Positions 49,564 through 60,549 of a DNA stretch of 64,000 nucleotides are shown one piece after another. The notes under the pieces are model-generated. The model was not told the DNA's origin, ran no database searches, and was given only the letters and a program-made list of their open reading frames with translations. Position numbers and translations under genes: made by a program. The DNA is taken from the NCBI GenBank assembly GCA_010405405.1, contig MU004230.1, forward strand, positions 4,234,282 to 4,298,281. The letters run 5' to 3'. Numbering within the stretch: position 1 is the stretch's first letter; each line of letters opens with the position of its first letter. The stretch is from Microthyrium microscopicum. Its lineage: Eukaryota.

Positions 49564-51491
49564 TTACCCTCGGCGTGCAGCAGGCGCAGCAGATGTTCTG
49601 CGTTCCAACTTCCTTGGCTTCTTCTTTGCCGGTGTTGGTGGAGGTGATGGCTCGGAGGGCTCAACTCTCTGGGTCTCCTTTCGTGGTACTGACATCTGCG
49701 AGCTCGACCCACGAGACACACTACCTCTAGTAAGTTTCGGCGGTGGTGGCCGATTGCTACTAGGTTGTCTGGCCACCGCCGGTCTGGATGGTCTTGACGC
49801 AGCACTAGACTGCCTAGCCGTCGCCGGTGGTCTTGATGAAGAAGCACTCGGCTGCCGCACAGGAACCGGTTTCCCAGCATTACTCGCCGATGAACTCTGC
49901 CTAGCCGGCGCAGGCTTCTTCTTCTCTTCACCTGTCCTCAATCTCGCCTTCTCAATGATACGCTGCGCATCCGCAGTCCGCGCATCGGCAATCTTCTTGT
50001 CCTCCTCAGATGGGCTCTCAACCACAAAGTGCGCCACCATTGGCTTTCCACCGTTGATTTCAAGGACGTCTTGTGGGCAAGCGCTCATGACCACCACGAC
50101 ATCTCGTTCCGCGCGGAAACGCACATAGTCGCCTCGCTTGCCGCGCGGTGGCTCGAAGCTCAGTCCGCCCTCCTCCGTCCACGGGATGTTCATGAACAGG
50201 TTCAGCGGAGCAGGCACGGCATTGACGGTGACGTCTGCGCCAATTGCTTTGCGGCCCTTCAGACCGACGCGTGCATTGAGCTCGGAGAGAGCAAGGACGA
50301 GATTTTCAGCACAGGAACCGTGCTCTTCCCACTTCTTGACGCCGAGTTCGCGGTAGCGCAGCGGATCGCAGGCTGCGATTAGAGTATCGTGGGCGCCGGG
50401 ACTGGTGTCTTCGATGAGAGAAAGGATGGGAGCGCGCAGGTTGGACACGAGAAGGTCACCGACTTGGGGCGACAGATGTTGGGTGGAGGCACGGGTATGG
50501 GGCATAGAGAGGAATTCCATGCCTGGTTGGCCGGCGGAGTCGCCGGCTGTCTTGGTGTAGGCGGAGTAGGCGGCGTAGATTGAGGAAGCGTAGCCGGAGC
50601 CGCTAGCGACTGCGATGGGTTAGTTGAGTTATGGATGGGGATGTATAGGATGAAAGTACCGCTGATTCCAGCTGCTCCTACTGGTGTTTTGCTAAAATCG
50701 TACATTTGCTCGGCGACGCTTTTTGTGGGATCTCGTTGGTGGAGCGCCGCGAAAGAGGATATACTACCACTGTTGGGTAGGTAAGAGTTGAAGCCTTGAC
50801 CGGCAGATAGGTATGATGACCAGCTCTTTTGCTCTTTAGGCTTGCCATCATCCGGTTTCTTCGTACCTCGAACAGATGGGACGGATGGGATATAAGAACT
50901 CCACCCTTTGCTGGCACTGGCGGGTGCTTTCTCCGGTGTAGCCTCTTTTGGTTTTCCGTCTTCTGGTTGCTTTCGAATGGATGGAACGTATGAAGCCCAG
51001 CTTCGTCGTGTTTGCTCAGCAGGACTTTGCTCGCCTTCGTTCTTTTCTGTTCCTTCTGCACCCTCATCTTTATTTTCAGCATCTTCTTTGACCGGCGTCT
51101 TCGGCTCTTCGGCTTTTTCTTCGGCTCCTTCTTTCGAGTCTTCAGCATTCTCAGATTTATTTTCTTCCTCTTTTGGTGGAGTTGGAGTTTGTGCCTCGAC
51201 TAGAACTTGGCTACTGTCGCCCGACTGTTCCTTGTTCTCTTCGGCTGTTTCGTCCTCTTCCTTGATCTCGTTTCCATCTTGATTGTCTTCATCCCACTCT
51301 TCCTGTGTAGGAGGGGCATGTAAAGCGAAAGCCCAGGTATCAACAACCTGTCTTCCATATGTGTTTATGATTTTGAGAGTGTGTCCTTTGGGGACAAATG
51401 TAGCAGTGCCATGGCGAGCTTGAATGGTCTGCTTCGTGCCGGTAGCAGCAGGCGGTATTTCGGGCTCTTTTGATTTGAGAAAGTTCGACAT
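49564..51491 (-). CDS. DUF1989 (urea carboxylase-associated) domain protein
   Basis: LKIINTYGRQVVDTWAF..EFLSMPHTRAS..HDTLIAACD..HGSCAENL..PLNLFMNIP..VVMSACPQD; intron ~50659-50610. Confidence 0.88.
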
Positions 51492-51904
51492 AATCACAAC
51501 CTCACAAGTATACTGGATATAATGTCTCACGAGCAAAGTTTGGAAGCTGGTGACAGATACCAGGACACAGGGACAAGATCTGGCAAGGGTATATACGTTG
51601 ACTGGTTGTTTATTCACGTCATACTAAAATTATCCATACAAGTACTCTACTGGGTACGTACAATGCAATGTGTAACAGGCAAGATCAAGTTTACTTCGTG
51701 CTTGGGCGGTGACGTAATAAGGCTGAAAAAGAGCGAGGCTGTTAAAGTGCAGCCAGCTATCCTGCAGGTGGTTTTCCATTCGGAATGTGAGAGCTTCCTG
51801 GGCCATTTTCCATGCACCACAATCTCCTTTTACACAAATTTAATACCTTCCCAAACCACCATGGCTCTCCCCAGCTCCAGCTTATCCCTTCAATCGCCTC
51901 GATA

Positions 51905-52632
51905 ATGAGTGTCCATGCCCCCGAGCCAGCCCACCTTCGCTCGCGCTCCTCCTCTCGTCCCGCCCCGCGCGATTCTTCCACCCACCCATCCAATGCCAGC
52001 GCGATCCTCGCGTCGACCGATGACCGCACCGCCCTCGAACTCCCCGAAATCGCGCCCGCAGACTCCAAAGACGCGCCCTGCTTACAACCGACCTCCACGT
52101 CCTCAACCTCACGCGTGCCAACTGGTTTCTGGGCGAAGCTCTGGCGCCAATGGGAGCGCCATGTACATCTCAAAGTCCCCGCCGAGCAACGTCGCGACCA
52201 CCTTGGTACCTCTCCACCACCAACCTGCATTTTGTATATACACTGATAGCAGGTGATGGTAGCATTGGAACGCACGTATCTCGCCTACTTACGGACATCA
52301 CTTGCACTTGCGAACACTGCTGTTGTAGCCGCCCAGCTGCTCAAATTAAATTCGACGAGTGGCGAGGCAGGAAGCATGTTCGGTGGAGAGTCGCTGGCAG
52401 CGGGGTTCGTCGCGGGTGCGATTGTGGTGGTTCTGGTTGGATATCTTCGCTTTTGGCGGCAGCAGAAAGCCATGTCGCTAGGGAAGGTCTGGGCGGGTGG
52501 ATGGGAGCTTTGGATTGTGGGAGGCAGTTTTGTTGCGGTAGGTTGTTATTTGTGACTACAGGAGGGCGGTGCTAACTGGTGTTGTAGCTTACCATAGCGA
52601 TGATTGTGATTTTTATATTGCAGCCAAGCTGA
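51905..52632 (+). CDS. DUF202 membrane protein (YidH-like)
   Basis: RDHL, intron 52206-52262, ALERTYLAYLRTSLA; three TM segments; last intron 52538-52587. Confidence 0.85.
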
Positions 52633-53310
52633 GACGGGATGAGGCCAGAAGAGCGATGCTGATGAGAGCTTGGGCTGTGGTCCAACTTATGATTACGAGA
52701 TTATGATTTTGAGATACCCTTAGACTATTTCATGATATTGATAGAGTTGTATACGGCAACTGAAATAGGGGAAACCATAACTTGCTTGGTTATTGCTTTA
52801 TCTTTCGATGCCAACTTGCCATACGAAACCCACTGAAAACGCTATACCATGGCCTAGATTACTAAATCACGAAGAGGCTAGAACACTAAGTCAAGTACAA
52901 CTAACTATCAAACTGCAGCTCAGTGAGAGAAAGTTTTGGTATAGCGTGGCTGATTTTGTGATCTTGACTTCAAGTGTCAATGGTCTAATCCGTTGTCATC
53001 ATCTGGTTTGACAAATACAAATCTAGATGCCCCCAGACTTCTATAAGCACCAAGTCATCACCATAAATAGCACTAAGGGACGCGGAAAAGAAGGATTTGG
53101 AATCAGATATTACTGCTCTGGAAGCCTAGGGCCAGGCGATTGGGGCGAGGGGTAGCTTTCTGCTGTCGTCAGTGTCAGAAGTATTGACGTAAAATAGCAG
53201 TATGCCGCACCCGCCTTTGACCTTTCAAATGCACATCCTTTTCTTGATCGGGTCGGAGAATTAGAACTTGTCATATCGAAGACTGACTGCCTAATCCAAA
53301 ACCTTACAAC

Positions 53311-54186
53311 ATGGCGCTCGCCCCAAAATATGCTGCGCTGAAGCTATCAGCGGGCTCTGCAACCCAAACAGTCCATACGTTGGAGCTCTGTATGTTTGTC
53401 TTGAAGGACTATGTAGAATAGTGCTAACTTTGAGTCATAGTCCTGGATTATGTGTGTCCATGTGAGAAATTCTTGAGGAAGCAAGCCACATTTATCAGGA
53501 CGGCTAACTTGGAACAGACTCCAAGAAGATGTTCAATACTGTCTATACTTCAGTCAATCCGCTCATCAAAGCCAGCTATCAGGACAAACTAGCAGTCATC
53601 TTCCGCCCTCAGATCCAGCCATGGTAGGAACCACAAATCATGTGGTAGAGCACAAACTTACTTGCGCAAGGCACCCTTCAAGCACCCTTACGCACGAAGC
53701 AGCTATTGCAGTCCTCAACTTGAGTCCTGACAAGTTTTGGGAATTCTCCAAGAAGCTCTTTGATCATCAAATTGACTACTTTGATGTCAATGTTGTCAAC
53801 GAGACTCGCAATCAGACTTACAAGCGCCTGGCAGATCTCGCGGCCGAAGCGGGTGTGGACAGCGCAGCTGTGTACAAGCTACTGGAGATTCCAGACAAGC
53901 CAAAAGGGGATTCGTACAACGTTGGCAACGGGTAAGTTTGGTTCGCTTGTATCATCAGATCAACCACTAATCGTGCCACTAGCGTCACGAATGATCTGAA
54001 GAAGCTCGTCAAGGTTTGTGCCTGAAGATACGAATGTAGTCATATGCTAATTCACTCTAGCAAAATCGTCTGGTTGGAATCCATGTGACACCTACTGTTA
54101 TATTCGATGGACTTGTGGAACCAAGTATCGAGAGCAGTTTCAGTGTGCAGCAGTGGGACGAATGGCTCAAGAAGAACATCGTATAG
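53311..54186 (+). CDS. Thioredoxin-fold DsbA-like protein (CxxS)
   Basis: Five introns; MALAPKYA..VHTLELFLDYVCPYSKK..RPQIQPWHPSSTLTHEAAIAV..NRLVGIHVTPTVIFDG. Confidence 0.85.
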
Positions 54187-54417
54187 ATCCGTACGGATAG
54201 CGCGAATCAAGACGCTGCATTTTCGGGCAACAAGTCAAAGAGACGGTTCAAAATGTAGATCGTATATGTATACAATGAGTTCTTCATTATTGATGACATG
54301 AGGGGCTCTTGGTTTCGCAATAGCCGTAAATTAAGTAGGCCGTACTCGGTGGATCGATCCAATAAATCGTGAAGGCGCTTCGCGAGTATTATATTGACAG
54401 TCTTGCTGACTTCTTCT

Positions 54418-54774
54418 TTAATTTCTGGGTATAATGTTTCCTTGCTCGCCCAAGTAGCCCTTCACCTTAGTATCCTTCATCAACTCGAGGAACCTTTCTG
54501 CATTTGAAATTAGCATTGATTGACCTCCATCTTTAAGCTTCCACCTACGTCTCAAAGGTCCGCACTTTTCCAAGTGATTCACGCCCTCTCTCCAGTAGCA
54601 TCTGCCCATTTCCTCTCGTACTAATCGGGCCATCATGCTTTTAACCCATTGTTCGCGGATGATGGAGTCGCGGGCAGCTTGTAGCGCTTCGTGGTCGTCA
54701 TAGTCTACTCCGTCAAAGGTTGGCGGTACTTTTGGTTTCTTGGCCAGGAAGGCAGCGGATTCGGGGGTCGGCAT
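54418..54774 (-). CDS. NADH:ubiquinone oxidoreductase 12 kDa subunit (NDUFB10 family)
   Basis: MPTPESAAFLAKKPKVPPTFDGVDYDD..IIREQWVKSMMARLVREEMGRCYWREGVNHLEKC; intron 54548-54498. Confidence 0.92.
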   Translation of the reverse strand: MPTPESAAFLAKKPKVPPTFDGVDYDDHEALQAARDSIIREQWVKSMMARLVREEMGRCYWREGVNHLEKCGPLRRRWKLKDGGQSMLISNAERFLELMKDTKVKGYLGEQGNIIPRN

Positions 54775-55157
54775 CGTGCAGCAATTGGGCTGTTGAGTCG
54801 TGCTTTGGAGCCTCAATTGAGCAATCAAGAGCTGGTGAAGTTGGAGGTCATTGTCGTTCGGGGGAGTTGGTGGTTCGCTGAGCCGTGGCTTGGCGGACTT
54901 CGGCATGCCGACGGAGCGATGATTTCAGCCTCATACTTTTAAGCGCGCTCAAACTGGCTGGCCTCGAATCTTTCCCAGTTGGCAACACAAGGACCGAATT
55001 GCTGTTTGTCCCATATTCTTGACACGACTGTGACCGCTTCGTTTATTGAAGCCTGGTAGGCTAGGGTGTGTGCGACAACACGCTTGGGGCATACCCCTTC
55101 TCAACGATATGATCGACGCATCTCTCATCCGGCTGCTTCTTGCAACTAGTCCTGACG

Positions 55158-56430
55158 ATGAGCTTGAAAGAGACCCCTAGCGCTCAAGCCGAGACGAGTT
55201 CTGGGGAGAAACCATATGTAAGTCGACGCATATTGTGTGGCTCAAGTAAAGACCGCTAACTTGGAATAGAGAATACCAGAAGACACCTCCACTCCCGATT
55301 ACGAACTCAAATGTCCTTTCCAGAATGGGTTCGCTGCACCATCAGCTACTAACTCTGCAACAAGTCAAGAGAATGGCTCTGTAACTGGTATCGCTCCACA
55401 TACGACCGGTGACGGTGCGCAGGACAGCTCCCTTGACACATTCGCTGAGCTGCCATCGGCTCTCATTGATACCCTGCCTACTATTATTCATAAAAAAAGC
55501 AGAGACAGCAAACGAGGGCTGGTCTTTCACGAAGTCCTCAGGCTAGACAATGGACTTTGCTTCGCACAATTTCTTGAGCAAGAATTGGACCTGAAGAAGC
55601 TGAACCAGATTCATGATTCTCTCTGGATGTGCGGACGGCCGATGAACGCCCGACCCCTTCACCACCAAATCCTCATAGGCCGTACGATAGTGATAACGAA
55701 GAGAATCGACTTGCACCTGCTCTACTACTCGAACCTGATTATGCTGAAACCGCTTCCAGCATATCTGCTCCACAAGCAAATTTGGGACACATATCTTTGC
55801 CATGAGGGCGCCAAGGAGCTACATCAAAGCGCCTGTGGACTCCTTCTGTCGTACGTTTGGCTCGTCAGGTCTGAGCACGACTTCAACCTGGCACAGAAAG
55901 ATCATCAGAATCTACTCCCAGTTGGTCTTACATATCCACAGTGGAGACGAATTGCTCTCGAATTTCTTCACTATATCGACCCCGATACTTTACACCAAGT
56001 AAACAAGCGCTACAACTTTGGCGAGTTGCGTCTTAGTCGGATCAACAAAATCTACCGCATGAACCCGCGCTTCATTCGTAAGTACTTTGTGCGTGGCTAT
56101 CTTTATGGATACAATCGATATGCGCCATTCCTACAGCGCAATGTCTCTTGGATACTCGCTGTCTCGGTTTTATTCAGTCTAGCTTTATCTGGCATGCAGG
56201 TGGGCACCGCAGTGGACCCTTTGAAAGACAATCAAATCTTCAATAGGGCGAGCTATGGATTCGTGGTGTTTACCATGGCTCTTGTCGCTGCTATCTTGGT
56301 TTTTGTGGGGGTCACGTTCTCAATCATCTATTTTTTCAACATGCACACTGCGATCAAGCAAGCCAAATCAGAACAAAGGCGTCGACAGCAATTGACAGTG
56401 AAGAGGAATCTTCGCAACGGCGAGCCCTAA
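55158..56430 (+). CDS. DUF6601-like fungal membrane protein
   Basis: ATG 55158 and intron 55218-55269 are in frame with ORF 55585; motifs RPLHHQIL..LHLL..LKPLPAYLL..GLLLSYVWLVRSEHDF..NKRYNFGELRLSRIN..LSGMQVG; two C-terminal TM segments. Confidence 0.8.
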
Positions 56431-56452
56431 TGGTCTACGACTTCAAGTGGTT

Positions 56453-56647
56453 GACAAAATAAATGGCGCCCTCCCAGCGAGTGCGATGGCTCCCATGCAA
56501 GACGATCTGGTATCGAGTGCTTTATTTACCATCGAGCGCGTTCAGACTTGGGCATTTTATTGAATGCGATGGGAAACATAGCACCTTTTAATCAACAGCG
56601 TTCGTGGGAGCCATCGACGCCGATGGGCGAACGCCACTTATTTTGTC
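56453..56647. repeat. Long imperfect inverted repeat / hairpin (~90-nt arms)
   Basis: The left arm gacaaaataaatggcg..cgatggctccca..gtgct..ccatcg..ttca matches the reverse complement of the right arm ending ttattttgtc. Confidence 0.9.
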
Positions 56648-56955
56648 CATCGGTTGGGCTTCATGCTCATGAAAGTCCTTCATAAGTTTCTTCCAAAGAC
56701 AAGAGTGTGGTGCCGTCATATAAGGCTTTTCACACCGTGCTGGAACTTGAATATCAGTTCTTGTATTATGACCTAATGTATATATTTAGTAATACATAAT
56801 TTTGGATCTATATCGGTCCAGCTATTGCTGCAGGTGTTACAGCTGCCTCCGTCGCATCCACCGTTACCGTGTAATATTTAGTTTGTGGTGAACATCTCGA
56901 CTTGCAATCGCGACTCGCGGCTTGTGTGCAAAGGGCTCTCTTCAGCAACGTCAGT

Positions 56956-58934
56956 TCATTCTATCTCCGACAGAGTTTTATCAGCATCACTTACCAGATT
57001 CTCGGCCGCCGGACATTGCACTGCACCGCATTGGCACGCTGCGGGCTCTATGAAAACACTCATCGTCAACACCATCTGCTCTTTCGGTGGAGCTACAGAG
57101 ATAGCCGCCTTTGATACTGGTGCCAATGGCAAATTTGATGGTCTCGTAGGTGCCGGTGCTAGCTGCATACCAGATGTCGTCGGTGGCGAGGGTTTGGGGG
57201 CTGGCGCGAGATGAAGACCGGAGGCTGAAGGTTCTTTGGTTGGGCTTGGTGGCTGTGCTACGAGTATGGATGTGGTAGTCTTCTGCTCCTGTTGCACGGA
57301 TGGTCGTGGTGCGAGATTGAGTGAAAAGGGCCTTGTACTTGAGGAAGGTTTTGGTGCTGGAGCGAGATTAAGAGGTGCGTATGAGCTCGTTGCTTTGGGT
57401 AGTGCTGGTGCCAGTGATAGACCTGGTTTAGTCATTCCTGTAAATGACGGGCTCACTTTGGGACCAGCTGGTATTGTCAAATGTGAAGTTGATAGCTTGG
57501 GACCAGGGGATGCAACTATAACTGGGACGAATGGGTTGGAAGATGATGGGTTTGCTAGACTGATTGATGATGTTATCTGAGGAGGCATAGTGGCTAGACT
57601 AATGCTAACATAAGGCATTGTCCCTACATTGTGTAAGTTAAATTTCTCATCTTTAAAATTGGTGGGACTCACAGAGACGTGGGGACGAGCAGGTCAGGCA
57701 TGTCGCGGGCTTTGGTGCCGGGTCATCGTTTTCTGTTGTTGTTGTCTTGGTTGTGACTGGTATTGATGAAGTGAATGGAGGACTGTGATATTCTTTTTCG
57801 AGATATGGTACTGGACCGCAGCTTGGGACTTGAAGCCTGCCTGTTGGTGATAGTCAATCGCTTGTTCAAAAACGCGTTGATCAGATCTTACGTGGTCTTC
57901 CAACGTGTGCAGCGTTTATATAGCATCCTTCATTTGTTTTGAACCAGTCGACATGTTGAGGGTCCTGACGAGAGCTGGAAGGAGCATCATTTTGCCTGAA
58001 TTTGTAAGACAAGATGTGAAAGCGGCATCAGACGATCTTACCAATTGGACTCATCCGTGGCATCCGGAGAAACCACTACTTTATGACAGTATGTCAAACA
58101 TTGGTCTGCTAAAGTTGACGCGTAGCACGTCACTGATGCCATTGATCCCCAAAAAGAAGCTGAGGTATACTCGCGAACTGTCTGGCACTTCTCATGTGGG
58201 CATATCTTGCAACTCATTGCTTTTCGTAATGGTATATTCTGCTCGGATACTTGCGGTCTAACGAGAGCGCAAGGCTCTATATCATCGGTGTCTATGCCAT
58301 AGCATTAGCCTTCATTTATGCCACCAACTGAACATGAACATCTTACAATTGCGCCAGTAAGGTATTGTATCAAAGGCGCTGACGAAGCATCCGTACTCGC
58401 TTTTCAACCATAAGCTGTACGGTATTCATTAGCATGTGTATATCGAAGTCCGAAGGACACCAACTCTGTGCTGTTCACTTTCGATCCCTTTGACCAGCAT
58501 TTTGCTCTGAACTGATATGAAGATTGAAACCAGTCCTGGTTTGGACATCCTGCGAATGGACATGTTTTACATTCGGTATCTAAGAAGTTAGTTTGGAACA
58601 ATCCGAGACGTACGATACGAGCCAACACTGCCTGGTAGGCTTGGTGAAATGCTACTTGATGGCTTTAATCCCATAGAAATTTCAGCAACCCATGAGGCGC
58701 GTTCCCGTGGTATCGACGATTGAAACCCAGGAAACCCTTACTGATGTTCCGCCTCACTCGGGCCAAGATAGAATCGTATTTGCCAGTGGTGAGTGATGCG
58801 CCATGCTTCTCTGGCCTTGGTGCTGTATCGGAATCGACTGCAACATTGTTTGGCGATGGCGGTGGGGTTTCCGACGTGACGTGCCCATATGTGGCCACCA
58901 GCACAAGTAGTGAGGCCCAGTATGTATAGACCAT
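56956..58934 (-). CDS. Secreted protein with two Cys-rich fungal SH3b-like repeats and a Pro/Ser/Thr-rich tail (7 exons, ~511 aa)
   Basis: Exons 58934-58742, 58579-58465, 58414-58347, 58291-58042, 57995-57892, 57840-57673 and 57593-56956 sum to 1536 nt in one open frame with GT-AG introns. Signal peptide MVYTYWASLLVLVATYG. The exon1/exon2 junction is the least certain. Confidence 0.75.
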
Positions 58935-59700
58935 GGCCGCAGAACTGCTTCCTATATTTTCATGTTGACACGCACACTTCGACCAGATCCTCAAGACAAG
59001 TTCGAGGAGAAGAAGTTGCACAAAAGCCTCGACGATTTATAAAATTTGGATACACTACTGCGCACCCTGGTAGCATCCGTGGACATATAATATAGCCTAC
59101 TTAGTTAAATTCAGAGTGTACATTGGCCAGGTGAGCCTAGGAGATTTACATCGGGGTCAGTGCCTTGGCTCTAGAAGCTATTACCCCATACCCGAATGCT
59201 TAAGTGCCTGAAGAGACGATACCGTGCAATAAAAGAACATTGCATTGTTCCAGGGGAAGCTGGCTCGCAATAAATGAACCGCAATGACCTCTTAATCTTT
59301 CAGCGCTGTCTGAGATCCAGCACTATCGTCTAATAGGACAGAAAGCAGCTGCTTTGCCAGTCCAGAGCCCAGAACCAGGAGTCGTCCTGAAGAATCGCAT
59401 TGCGGGAGATGGCCTCTGATGAGCTGGTTGAAGTTGGATCTCATGACAGAGAGCACAGACCCCTTGGTGTTTTTGGTTGAAAGAGTGGCTGGAAATGGCA
59501 CTAGTCCTGTTTGGGATCGCGACCTCGACGACCCTTGTTCACTGTTCAGCGCCATGAGACTTCATCCACTACACCCAAAAAATCATCAACGTTCAACGCG
59601 TGAGTGTCAAATGATAGAAAGGTGACATGAGTGGTAGCTGGGCTGAAGTAATCTGATACACGATCTATCCCATAGGCTCATACCTCAACTTTGAAAAGAG

Positions 59701-60337
59701 ATGGCTTCCAAAGATTCAAGGAGCTCAAAGAAGCGAAAGCACAACAAGCTGCCACCGCTGCCTTCAGGTCAGTACTGTTTACATTGTGATCAGAAGTCAT
59801 TTCTAACTTGAACAAGGTGCAAAAGTGCAAAAGCGACCGCTCTTTCGAGCTGCAATTCCGTCGCCATACGCTGGAGCATCAAATCCAAAAGTCGTATATA
59901 TTCGGCAATCTACGCCTTTCATGTCTGCTGTCAATCGAGTAAGAAAGCTCTTGAAACAAGTAGACAATCGTGCTATGCAAAGTGCTTCCAATAAGGGCCG
60001 ACAAGGACCAAGAAATCGACAACTTGCTACAGCTGGAGCAGGTCTCGACGCAGCCAAGAAAGAAATCGTTACTGTCATTGGAAGCGGCCGATGTATTGAA
60101 CAAGTTGTCAACCTCGCATCATGGTTTATTCAGCATCAATCCGCAGAAGGGGTCAATGTCAAGATGAAGACTCTAAGCTTGACCGCAATTGACGACATCG
60201 AATATGAAGAAATGAACGAGCAAAGTCCGGACCAAGATGTTGATGGCGATAGTCAGGAAGCGGACGACTCTACAGAACTTCCGTCCACACGGCTGAGGAA
60301 ATTGAGTGCTCTAGAAGTTCAGATCTCTCTTCGTTGA
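59701..60337 (+). CDS. POP7: RNase P/MRP subunit Pop7/Rpp20 (Alba-like)
   Basis: Intron 59768-59817; KVQKRPL..SPYAGASNPKVVYIRQSTPFMSAVNRVRKLL..VTVIGSGRCIEQ..TAIDDI..TRLRKLSALEVQISLR. Confidence 0.85.
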
Positions 60338-60549
60338 ATGAAAAGGCACTCCCATTGCGTTTCTTTTCTTTATGTAGTCCCTTTGTCAGTGGTTCTGCAA
60401 GGCCTTTGAATTCCAATTCTAACAAAGCGAGGTACAGGCCACGACGAAAGTATGTCTTCGACACTTCCATTAGACTCTCAACGACATTCCCTACGCATTT
60501 TTTAAACTGCCCTGTAAACACAACTGAGGAAGATTATAGGCGAATTTCT

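Noticed and set aside
54498..54548. In-frame, stop-free 51-nt intron in the complex I subunit
   Set aside because: Strong canonical splice signals; most likely an ordinary constitutive intron.
60334..60549. Apparent ORF overlap (TGAATG) between POP7 and the next gene, suggesting coupled translation
   Set aside because: The extension reads like 3'UTR or intergenic sequence; ATG 60550 is the more plausible start in a eukaryote.
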